The position numbers and the translations under genes are program-made. Shown piece after piece: positions 37,851 to 45,902 of a stretch of DNA of 64,000 nt (position 1 is the first letter of the stretch; every line of letters starts with the position of its first letter). Origin of the DNA: Chloroflexota bacterium (GTDB lineage: Bacteria > Chloroflexota > Limnocylindria > Limnocylindrales > CSP1-4); contig JBFMAT010000003.1 in NCBI GenBank assembly GCA_040755495.1, positions 59,492-123,491 of the forward strand. The letters are read 5' to 3'. Under the pieces are notes generated by a model. That model ran no database searches. It saw only the letters and a list, made by a program, of their open reading frames with translations, and had not been told where the DNA came from.

Positions 37851-38059
37851 CGGCACGACCTCCGGCCCGGCCGGCATGGCCGGGCGCTGACCGCGTGCGA
37901 TCCCTCCGAGGAGTGCCCGATCGCCAGCGCGGGGCCGCAGTATCGCGATCGCCGCTTATCCGCCACTTACGCGGCGGGCCGCGAACGGCTCGGGAAGCCC
38001 GTCCGGATCGGCCGAACGGCCCTCTCGCAACCCCGCCCGGGGCGGTAGCATCCGCCACC

Positions 38060-38404
38060 ATGGACGACCCGATCGCCCCCGTCGACGCGCGCACCGCGCT
38101 CCTGGACGAGCGCGCGCGGGTGCTGGCGGAGCTCAAGGATGACGACATCCAGGCCCCGGGCCCGATGACCTACGGGTCGCAGGCCGCGGCCGCCAGCCAC
38201 GTGTTCGAGCAGCAGCGCGACCTCGCGCTCCGAGATCACAACGAGCAGCACCTGGCCGCGATCGACGCGGCCCTCGCGCGCCTGGACGCTGGCACGTTCG
38301 GCCGCTGCACGTCGTGCCACCGCCCGATCGCCCCGGAGCGCCTGGAGGCACGGCCGTGGGCCGCCCTGTGCATCGACTGCCAGCGGGCCGCCCCGCGCCG
38401 ATGA
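38060..38404 (+). CDS. DksA/TraR-family C4 zinc-finger protein
   Basis: 3' part of ORF 37895..38404, from MDDPIAP. Motif CTSCHRPIAPERLEARPWAALCIDC. TAGCAT lies 8 nt upstream of the ATG. Confidence 0.8.
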   Translation: MDDPIAPVDARTALLDERARVLAELKDDDIQAPGPMTYGSQAAAASHVFEQQRDLALRDHNEQHLAAIDAALARLDAGTFGRCTSCHRPIAPERLEARPWAALCIDCQRAAPRR

Positions 38405-39417
38405 CCGAGGCGCGTCCCGCCCCTCCCCCGCCGGCCCTCGTCGAGCTGCCCGCGATCCGTGCCGCCACGGCGACCCTGCGCGGCATCGCCGTCCAAACGC
38501 CGCTGGTGCCGTTCGGGCCACCGGAGCGCCGCCAGTGGCTCAAGGCCGAGTCGCTCCAGCCGATCGGCGCGTTCAAGATCCGCGGCGCGTACAACGCGGC
38601 GGCGGCGCTGGCGCCGGACGAGCGGGCCCGCGGCCTGATCACGTACTCGTCGGGCAACCACGCCCAGGGCGTCGCGCGGGCCGCGCGGCTGTTCGGCGTC
38701 CCCGCGGTCATCGTGATGCCCTCGGACGCGCCCGCCCTCAAGCGGGCGCGGGTGGAGGCGGACGGCGCCGAGATCGTGACGGTGGGCACCTCGAGCGACG
38801 AGCGCCGGCGGGTGGCCGAGGCGCTGGCCGCCGAGCGCGGTCTCGCGATCATCCCGCCGTTCGACGACCCACGGATCGTCGCCGGGCAGGGCACCGTGGG
38901 CCTCGAGATCGCCGAGGACCTCCTGGACGTCGCGGCCGTCCTCGTCCCGGTCGGGGGCGGGGGCCTCGCGGCCGGCGTCGCCGCGGCCATCACCGCGCTG
39001 GCGCCGGGAGCCCGGGTCATCGGCGTGGAGCCGGAGCTGGCGGCGGACGCGCGGGACTCGCTGGCGGCGGACCGGATCGTGGCCTGGCCCGCGGAGCTCG
39101 TGAGCCGGACCATCGCCGACGGCACCCGCACCCAGTCGCTGGGCCGCCTCACCTTCGCCCACCTGCGCGCCCAGCTGGACGCGATCGTCACGGTGACCGA
39201 GGCGGAGATCGCGGCCGCGGTGCGCCTGGCCGCCGAGGAGGCGCGGCTGGTGGTGGAGCCGTCCGGAGCCTTGTCGATCGCGGCCATGCGGTTCCATGCC
39301 GCGGAGGCGGGGATCGCCGGGCTCGACGGCCCGATCGTGGGCGTCGTCTCGGGCGGCAACGTGGACCCGGACCGTTACCTCCGCTACCTCGAGGCGCCGA
39401 TCCCGCCCGAGGCCTGA
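38401..39417 (+). CDS. PLP-dependent threonine/serine dehydratase (catalytic domain only)
   Basis: ORF 38314..39417, from MTEARPA (ATGA overlap with the dksA-like gene). PLP-Lys motif ESLQPIGAFKIRGA; also SSGNHAQG and GGGGLAAG. Confidence 0.85.
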   Translation: MTEARPAPPPPALVELPAIRAATATLRGIAVQTPLVPFGPPERRQWLKAESLQPIGAFKIRGAYNAAAALAPDERARGLITYSSGNHAQGVARAARLFGVPAVIVMPSDAPALKRARVEADGAEIVTVGTSSDERRRVAEALAAERGLAIIPPFDDPRIVAGQGTVGLEIAEDLLDVAAVLVPVGGGGLAAGVAAAITALAPGARVIGVEPELAADARDSLAADRIVAWPAELVSRTIADGTRTQSLGRLTFAHLRAQLDAIVTVTEAEIAAAVRLAAEEARLVVEPSGALSIAAMRFHAAEAGIAGLDGPIVGVVSGGNVDPDRYLRYLEAPIPPEA

Positions 39418-39479
39418 TCGCGGGGGCCCGGGCGTCCAACCTCGGCTCCCGCGTCGTCCGCCCGCTGCCGTCCGCTCGC

Positions 39480-39860
39480 GCCGAGTGGCCAGATACCGAT
39501 GGGGCGCGTGGTATCGCGCGATTGGCCACCTCCTCCGGGACCGTCACCGAAGCCGCAGCCACCCGCCCCGCACGACGCCCTCGCCCGACGCGCCCCGGCA
39601 TCGACCCGACATGGCCACCTACCGAAGGCCTGCGTGCTCGGCCAACTGCTTGTGGCCCACCACGCGCCTCATCGTTGGGTGGCACACCGGCGGCGCGAAA
39701 CCGGTCGCTACCACCGACGGGGCGCGTAGGTGGCCAGGATCGCCGTCGCGAGGGCCGCGTACCACGCGCCTCATCGGTGGATGGCCACGTGACCGCCGCG
39801 GGTCGGCGGTGCCCGCCGCGGGATGGCCACGTGACCGCCGCGAGTCGGCCGGGGACCACC
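39480..39860. repeat. Cluster of degenerate ~30-nt repeats in both orientations (core GTGGCCA-N3-ACCGATGRGGCGCGTGGTA), plus a 29-nt direct repeat at 42-nt spacing
   Basis: Forward copies at 39485-39516, 39611-39641 (degenerate) and 39711-39733. Reverse copies at 39657-39685 and 39758-39788. Direct repeat GGATGGCCACGTGACCGCCGCG(G/A)GTCGGC at 39779-39807 and 39821-39849. Confidence 0.75.
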
Positions 39861-39893
39861 GCGACTGCCCGGACCCCGCCCGCGGCGCCGTGC

Positions 39894-40940
39894 TCAGTCG
39901 CCGGATGACCCGCCGCCGGGCGCCGCGGTCGCCCCTTCCGCGGCGCGGCGCGCCGCAAGCGTGGCCTCGCGCTCGCGGATCGCCGCCCGCGCCGGCTCCA
40001 GCCGGCGGTCCTCGCCCACCGAGCGCCGCTCCTCCGCGCGCATCCACGCGGCGACCAGGCCGATCACCGCGACGATGAACGCGACGTCCCCGCCCAGCCA
40101 CATCAGCCCGCCCGCGATCTGCTGGTCCCCGAGCGCCGTCGGGCCCCAGTCGCGGACGTTCGTCGCGTAGTGGTTGTAGAGCGGCGCCGACGCGAACGTG
40201 ATCGCGACCGCGAGGAACGTGTTCTGCGGCATCTGCAGCCCCGCGTACGCGACCCGGGCTCCCCGGCCCATCCGCCACGGGGACGGGTCCGGACCCACGA
40301 TCGGCCACCAGAACAGGAGCGCCGAACCCAGGAACAGCCCGTGCTCCAGCCGGTGGACGAGCTCGTTCTCCAGCGACAGGTCGAACAGCGGCGAGAAGTG
40401 GCTGCCCCACATCACCGCCGCGAACAGGACCCAGGCCACGACCGGGAACGACAGCGCCCGGACCACGCGCGAATGGAGCAGCGGCAGGATCCAGCGGCGG
40501 CGCGTCGCGGGCGACGAGGCCCGGAGGAGGACCGTGATCGGGCCCGCCGCCAGCAGCAGCGGCGGCGCGACCAGGGTGAGCAGCATGTGCTGGACCATGT
40601 GGACCGAGAACAGCGTGGTGTCGTAGCGCTCGATCCCGGAGTCCAGGGCGACCAGGATCGCGAGCAGTCCCAGGAGCCAGGCCGCGGTCCGCCGACGGGG
40701 CACCGGGTTGCCGGGATGGGCGCGTGCGACCCGGCTGACCCCGGCCCGCCACAGCAGGGCCGCGGCGACCGCCGGCAGCCAGGCCAGCGGGTCGAACGAC
40801 CACAGGAGCAGGAACGTCGATGCCGTCGGCTCGCCCGGCACCTCGCCTCCGTGCGCGCGCGCCACGGGCGCGGCGGCCAGGAGCGCGAGCAGGAACGCAG
40901 GCGGGAGCACGGCCAGGACGGTGGGAAGGCGCCGAATCAC
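39894..40940 (-). CDS. ctaG: Cytochrome c oxidase assembly factor CtaG (caa3_CtaG family membrane protein)
   Basis: 3' part of ORF 39894..41177, from GTG 40940 (VIRRLPTVLAVL). The family pattern is multi-TM with SVHMVQHMLLTLVAPPLL and WPIVGPDP. Confidence 0.75.
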   Translation of the reverse strand: MIRRLPTVLAVLPPAFLLALLAAAPVARAHGGEVPGEPTASTFLLLWSFDPLAWLPAVAAALLWRAGVSRVARAHPGNPVPRRRTAAWLLGLLAILVALDSGIERYDTTLFSVHMVQHMLLTLVAPPLLLAAGPITVLLRASSPATRRRWILPLLHSRVVRALSFPVVAWVLFAAVMWGSHFSPLFDLSLENELVHRLEHGLFLGSALLFWWPIVGPDPSPWRMGRGARVAYAGLQMPQNTFLAVAITFASAPLYNHYATNVRDWGPTALGDQQIAGGLMWLGGDVAFIVAVIGLVAAWMRAEERRSVGEDRRLEPARAAIREREATLAARRAAEGATAAPGGGSSGD

Positions 40941-40946
40941 GCCCCC

Positions 40947-40969
40947 ATTGTCCCGCGTTTCGGGACAAT
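40947..40969. promoter_or_regulatory. Perfect inverted repeat ATTGTCCCG-cgttt-CGGGACAAT in the ctaG/ctaC divergent region (candidate operator)
   Basis: Seen directly; it starts 7 nt upstream of the ctaG start codon. Confidence 0.4.
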
Positions 40970-41155
40970 CATCCCCAGGGGCCATTTGGCAGGGTCGAAC
41001 AGGCCGTTGGGACTGCCCGCGCGCCGAACCTCGTATATGATGCGCGCGTCCGGCGCCCCCGTTCCACGGGCGGCGTGTGTCCTCGGACGGTGAGCCCTCA
41101 TCACCTCGGTCGCGGTCACGTCCCTGGCCGCGACCGAGATCATTCGAGGAACCCG

Positions 41156-42274
41156 ATGTCGATGCCTCCCCGGTCACGGACCGGGCCCGGTCCCGTCGCC
41201 GCCCTCGTGATCGTCGTGCTGATCGTGCTGGCGACGCTGGTCGCGCTGGCCGCGACGGGGATCACGCCCCAGCGTGCGTGGGACAGCTTCTTCCCGCTCG
41301 GCGGCGCGACGCCGGCCACCGACCGCTCGCACAGCGTGCGCTCGCTGTACGACATCGTGTTCTACATCGCGGTCGCGATCTTCGTGCTGGTCGAGGGGCT
41401 GATCGCGTGGACCGTGCTCCGGTACCGCCGCAAGCCGGGCGACGACGAGCTCCCCGCCCAGACCCACGGCAACAACCTGGTCGAGGTCATCTGGACCGCC
41501 GTCCCAACCGCGATCGTCCTGTTCCTGTTCGTCCTGTCGTGGCAGACGCTCAACACGGTCGAGGCGACGTCGCAGAGCACCGTGAACGTGCGCGTCATCG
41601 CCGCCCAGTTCCAGTTCCAGTTCGACTACCTGGACGAGCAGGGCAACACCACGTTCACCCAGTTCCTGCCTGCCGGCGAAGGCGGCGGCATGGTGGTTCC
41701 GGTCGGTGAGCCGGTCCACGTCATCCTTCGTAGTAACGATGTAATCCACGCGTTCTACGTCCCCAAGTTCCTGTTCAAGCGCGACGTGGTCCCCGGCAAG
41801 GAGAATGTGTTCGACTTCACGGTGGACGAGCCGGGCGTCTACGGCGGCCAGTGCGCGGAGCTGTGCGGCATCGGCCACGGGGCGATGCTGTTCGAGGTGC
41901 GCGCCCTGGAGCGCGGCGAGTTCGATGCCTGGCTCGAGGCGCAGATCGACAAGGCCAACGCCACGCCGGCGCCGGCGCCCTCGGGCGAGGCCTCGGGCCA
42001 GGTGGTCCAGCTCTCGGCGCTCAACGTGCAGTGGGAGCAGACGGAGCTCACCGCTCCCGCCGACACCCCGTTCACGATCCACTTCAACAACAAGGACCAG
42101 AGCGTCCCGCACGACCTGGTGATCAAGGATGGCTCGGGGGCTGAGAAGTTCCGGGGCGACCTGGTGACCGGCCCCAAGGAGGTCGACTACCAGGTCCCGG
42201 CGCTCGCCGCCGGCAGCTACCCGTTCGTGTGCAGCGTGCACCCGAACATGACCGGCACGCTCACGATCCAGTAA
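41156..42274 (+). CDS. ctaC: Cytochrome c oxidase subunit II (CuA) with an extra C-terminal amicyanin-like cupredoxin domain
   Basis: 3' part of ORF 40820..42274, from MSMPPRS (GAGGAA upstream). It has two TM segments, the CuA site HAFYVP...CAELCGIGHGAM, a linker ATPAPAPSGEASG, and then a second cupredoxin with VPHD...FVCSVHPNMTG. Confidence 0.9.
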   Translation: MSMPPRSRTGPGPVAALVIVVLIVLATLVALAATGITPQRAWDSFFPLGGATPATDRSHSVRSLYDIVFYIAVAIFVLVEGLIAWTVLRYRRKPGDDELPAQTHGNNLVEVIWTAVPTAIVLFLFVLSWQTLNTVEATSQSTVNVRVIAAQFQFQFDYLDEQGNTTFTQFLPAGEGGGMVVPVGEPVHVILRSNDVIHAFYVPKFLFKRDVVPGKENVFDFTVDEPGVYGGQCAELCGIGHGAMLFEVRALERGEFDAWLEAQIDKANATPAPAPSGEASGQVVQLSALNVQWEQTELTAPADTPFTIHFNNKDQSVPHDLVIKDGSGAEKFRGDLVTGPKEVDYQVPALAAGSYPFVCSVHPNMTGTLTIQ

Positions 42275-42284
42275 GGGAGCAGGG

Positions 42285-43907
42285 ATGGCCACCACGACCC
42301 TTGACCCCGCCGCTCCCGCGTACCGCAGCGGGCTCTACGAGTGGCTCACGACCACCGACCACAAGAAGATCGGGATCATGTACCTGGTCAACTCGATCCT
42401 GTTCTTCCTGGCCGGCGGCATCCTCGCCCTCGTGGTCCGCGTGGAGCTCGCCCAGCCGGGCCTCCAGTTCATGGACGAGGCGTTCTACAACCAGGCGTTC
42501 ACGATGCACGCCTCGTTCATGCTGTTCCTGTTCATCATCCCGATCCTGGCGGGCTTCGGGAACTACGTCGTCCCGCTCCAGATCGGCGCCCCGGACATGG
42601 CGTTCCCGCGGATCAACGCGCTGTCGCTGTGGCTGCTGCCGCTGGGCGGCGCGCTGATGGCCTCGGGCTTCCTCGTCTCGGGCGGAGCCGCCGCCGCCGG
42701 CTGGACGGAGTACCCGCCGCTGTCCGGCGCCAAGTACAGCGGCACCGGCACGGACCTCTGGATCATGGGCCTGACGCTGATCGGGACCAGCTCGATCCTG
42801 GGCGCGATCAACTTCCTGGTCACGATCTTCAAGATGCGGGCGCCGGGCATGACGCTGTTCCGGATGCCCATCCTGGTGTGGACGGTCCTCGTCACCAGCG
42901 TGCTGGTGCTGATGGCCACGCCGGTGCTCACCAGCGCCCTGATCATGCTGTTCATCGACCGCAACTACGGCGGCAACTTCTTCGATCCCAACAAGGGCGG
43001 CCTCGCCGTCCTGTACCAGAACGTGTTCTGGTTCTACTCCCACCCGGCGGTCTACATCATGATCCTGCCGGCGATGGGGATCATCAGCGAGATCCTGCCG
43101 GTGTTCTCGCGCAAGCCGCTGTTCGGCTACAAGGCGTTCGTGTTCGCGACGGCGGGCATCGGGGCGCTGGGCTTCTCGGTCTGGGCGCACCACATGTTCA
43201 CGACCGGGCAGGTGTTCCTGCCCTTCTTCTCGCTGATGACGTTCCTGATCGCGGTGCCGACCGGGGTCAAGATGTTCAACTGGATCGCGACCCTGTTCCG
43301 CGGCCAGCTGACGTTCTCGACGCCGCTGCTGTACGCGCTGGGGTTCCTGAGCCTGTTCCTCATCGGCGGGCTCAACGGCGCGTTCTCCGCCGCGGTGCCG
43401 GTGGACTTCGCGATCCACGATACGTACTTCGTCGTCGCGCACATCCACTACGTCCTGTTCGGCGGCTCGGTGTTCGGCGTGTTCGCCGGGATCTACTACT
43501 GGTTCCCCAAGATGACCGGCCGCATGCTCAACGAGACGCTGGGCAAGATCCAGTTCGTGCTCATGTTCATCGGGTTCAACCTGACCTTCTTCCCGATGCA
43601 CCAACTGGGGCTGGCGGGCATGCCCCGGCGGATCGCGGACTATGCGAGCACCGCCGGCTGGAGCGAGCTCAACCTGGCGGCCACCGTGGGCGGCTTCGTC
43701 ATCGCGCTCGCGATGCTGCCGTTCTTCTGGAACGTCCTGGTCTCGCTGCGCAGCGGCAAGCGCGCCGGCGACGACCCGTGGGAGGCGAACACGCTCGAGT
43801 GGGCGACCAGCTCGCCGCCACCCGCCTACAACTTCGACCACCTGCCCGAGGTGCGCTCGGAGCGCCCGGTGTTCGACGCCCGGCACGGCCGGACGGCGGC
43901 CCACTGA
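42285..43907 (+). CDS. ctaD: Cytochrome c oxidase subunit I (heme-copper oxidase)
   Basis: ORF 42285..43907. Motifs: WFYSHPAVYIMILP, FSVWAHHMF, HDTYFVVAHIHYVLFGG. Confidence 0.95.
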   Translation: MATTTLDPAAPAYRSGLYEWLTTTDHKKIGIMYLVNSILFFLAGGILALVVRVELAQPGLQFMDEAFYNQAFTMHASFMLFLFIIPILAGFGNYVVPLQIGAPDMAFPRINALSLWLLPLGGALMASGFLVSGGAAAAGWTEYPPLSGAKYSGTGTDLWIMGLTLIGTSSILGAINFLVTIFKMRAPGMTLFRMPILVWTVLVTSVLVLMATPVLTSALIMLFIDRNYGGNFFDPNKGGLAVLYQNVFWFYSHPAVYIMILPAMGIISEILPVFSRKPLFGYKAFVFATAGIGALGFSVWAHHMFTTGQVFLPFFSLMTFLIAVPTGVKMFNWIATLFRGQLTFSTPLLYALGFLSLFLIGGLNGAFSAAVPVDFAIHDTYFVVAHIHYVLFGGSVFGVFAGIYYWFPKMTGRMLNETLGKIQFVLMFIGFNLTFFPMHQLGLAGMPRRIADYASTAGWSELNLAATVGGFVIALAMLPFFWNVLVSLRSGKRAGDDPWEANTLEWATSSPPPAYNFDHLPEVRSERPVFDARHGRTAAH

Positions 43908-43920
43908 GCGAGGCGAGACG

Positions 43921-44583
43921 ATGACCGCAGACGCGCACGCCCTCACCGCGCCGGAGCCCGGGGTCGCCGAGGCCCATCACACCGGCGGGATCGGCAATCC
44001 CGTCCTCGGGATGCTGCTGTTCATCACCTCGGAGGTGATGTTCTTCGCCGGACTGTTCGCGGCGTACTTCAGCATCCGGGCCAACTTCGTGGAGGAGGGG
44101 GTGCATCGCTGGCCGCCGAAGGAGTTCGCCAACACCCTCGACCCGTTCCGCCTGACCACCGAGCACGGCGACCTCAACCTGATCCTGCCGGCGACGATCA
44201 TCCTCGTGATCTCGTCGTTCACCTGCCAGTGGGGCGTGTGGGCGATCCGGCGCGACGACCACCGGGGCTTCGTCCGCAACATCGCGGTCACCCTGGGCCT
44301 GGGCGTGACCTTCCTCCTGCTCCAGGCGTACGACTACGGCGTCCTGTTCCGGGAGGGGATGACGATGGGGTCGGGCACGTTCGGCACCACGTACTTCACC
44401 CTGACCGGCTTCCACGGCGCGCACGTGTTCGGCGGCGCCCTGATGCTGGCGGTCGTGCTGTACCGCGGCATGGCCGGGCAGTTCTCGGCCCGCCACCACG
44501 ACATGGTCGAGGCGACGTCGCTGTACTGGCACTTCGTGGACGTCGTGTGGATCCTGCTGTTCTCGATCCTGTACCTGCTGTAG
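43921..44583 (+). CDS. ctaE: Cytochrome c oxidase subunit III
   Basis: 3' part of ORF 43642..44583, from MTADAHAL. Motifs: FITSEVMFFAGLFAAYF, TGFHGAHVFGG, YWHFVDVVWI. Confidence 0.9.
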   Translation: MTADAHALTAPEPGVAEAHHTGGIGNPVLGMLLFITSEVMFFAGLFAAYFSIRANFVEEGVHRWPPKEFANTLDPFRLTTEHGDLNLILPATIILVISSFTCQWGVWAIRRDDHRGFVRNIAVTLGLGVTFLLLQAYDYGVLFREGMTMGSGTFGTTYFTLTGFHGAHVFGGALMLAVVLYRGMAGQFSARHHDMVEATSLYWHFVDVVWILLFSILYLL

Positions 44584-44602
44584 CGACGGAGGACGACGCC
44601 GC

Positions 44603-44785
44603 ATGAACCCGCGCCGCGCCGCCGCTGTCGGCGTGATCTTCATCGTCATCGCCGTGATCTACTTCGCCGCGCCGACGCTGCTCCACGGGAACGTGGACTT
44701 CGCCGGCGTGACGATGCTCATCGCCCTGGGCGCGTCCATGTCGATCATGGCCTACGTGCTCATGGCCGGGCAGTCGAGGAGCTGA
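44603..44785 (+). CDS. Small 2-TM membrane protein in the oxidase operon
   Basis: ORF 44603..44785, 60 aa, with two hydrophobic helices. It lies 19 nt after ctaE. The family is not recognisable by eye. Confidence 0.5.
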   Translation: MNPRRAAAVGVIFIVIAVIYFAAPTLLHGNVDFAGVTMLIALGASMSIMAYVLMAGQSRS

Positions 44786-44795
44786 CGCGCCACCG

Positions 44796-45902
44796 ATGCT
44801 GGACGAGCTCTGGAGCGGCCTGATCCGGTTCACCGAGCAGTTCGTGGTCCCCGACTGGGGTGCGCTGGTCGGCCTGCTGCCCGTGGTCCTGGCCGTCGTC
44901 GTCGTGCTCTACCTGACCTGGGTGGTGTACCGGCTGGCGACTGCCGGGCCCACCCGCCGCGGCGTCCGCAGGCTGCCGCCGGTCGCCCCGTCGGGGATCC
45001 ACATGCCGGGTCCCTCGTTCGCGCCGGTCCTGGCCGCGGTCGGGGTGTTCCTGCTGGTGTTCGGCATGGTCGCGGGCGGCCTGTGGCTGTGGGTGGGCCT
45101 GGTCGCCGTCGTGATCACGCTGCTGTACTGGGGGCGCGAGGCCCTCCGCGACTACGACCACATCCCCTCGGTGGCCGGGGAGCATCCCGCCGTGGGCGCG
45201 CTGCCGGCCCCCGCCGGCACGCCCCCGGCCGGCGTCCACATGCCGCCGCCCTCGTTCCGGCCGCTGCTGGTGGCGGTCTCGATGACGCTGCTCGTGGCCG
45301 GGATGGTCGTCGGCGGCTGGGCCCTGTGGTTCGGGTTGATCGCCGTGGTCCTGGTGCTCCTCGGCTGGCTGCGCGACGCGCGCCACGAGTACGCCGCGAC
45401 CGAGGCCGCGGACCGGACCGGCCACCTGGATCTCGGCGGCGCGCCGCCGTGGCCCAAGGCGACCTTCGCTGCCATGGCGGTGATCGTCGCCGGGGCGCTC
45501 CTGCTCTCGTCCGGGATCCTGCCCAACGCCGGCGGCGGGGCCGTGCCCAGCGGCGGACCGGCGGCCAGCGACGGCGGCGCGGGGGGCGGTGGCGGCGGGG
45601 CCAGCCCGGCCCCGAGCCTGCCCGCCGCCGACGTGGTGGTCGTGGCCGAGAACATCGCCTGGCTGGAGACCTCGATCACGGTCCCGGCGGGCCGGGCGTT
45701 CACGATCGCGTTCGACAACCGTGACCGCGGCGTCCCCCACGACATCGTGATCAAGGACGCCGCCGGCGCCGAGCTGTTCCGGGGCGACGTCGTGACCGGT
45801 CCGGCGGTCGTGGTCTACGATGTCCCGGCCATCCCCGCGGGGCAGCACCCGTTCGTGTGCTCGATCCACCCGAACATGACGGGGACCGTCACGGCTCAGT
45901 AG
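44796..45902 (+). CDS. Membrane protein with a duplicated oxidase subunit IV-like module (HMPxPSF x2) fused to a C-terminal amicyanin-like cupredoxin domain
   Basis: ORF 44796..45902. Four TM segments. GIHMPGPSFAPVLAA and GVHMPPPSFRPLLVA resemble the actinobacterial CtaF signature. Gly-rich linker. The C-terminus, VPHDIVIKD...FVCSIHPNMTGTVTAQ, is closely similar to the CtaC C-terminus. Confidence 0.7.
   Translation: MLDELWSGLIRFTEQFVVPDWGALVGLLPVVLAVVVVLYLTWVVYRLATAGPTRRGVRRLPPVAPSGIHMPGPSFAPVLAAVGVFLLVFGMVAGGLWLWVGLVAVVITLLYWGREALRDYDHIPSVAGEHPAVGALPAPAGTPPAGVHMPPPSFRPLLVAVSMTLLVAGMVVGGWALWFGLIAVVLVLLGWLRDARHEYAATEAADRTGHLDLGGAPPWPKATFAAMAVIVAGALLLSSGILPNAGGGAVPSGGPAASDGGAGGGGGGASPAPSLPAADVVVVAENIAWLETSITVPAGRAFTIAFDNRDRGVPHDIVIKDAAGAELFRGDVVTGPAVVVYDVPAIPAGQHPFVCSIHPNMTGTVTAQ

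Noticed and set aside
39418-39893. A possible CRISPR array
   Set aside because: The repeats are degenerate, occur in both orientations, and have irregular spacing (36-90 nt). There are no uniform spacers and no cas genes in the window.
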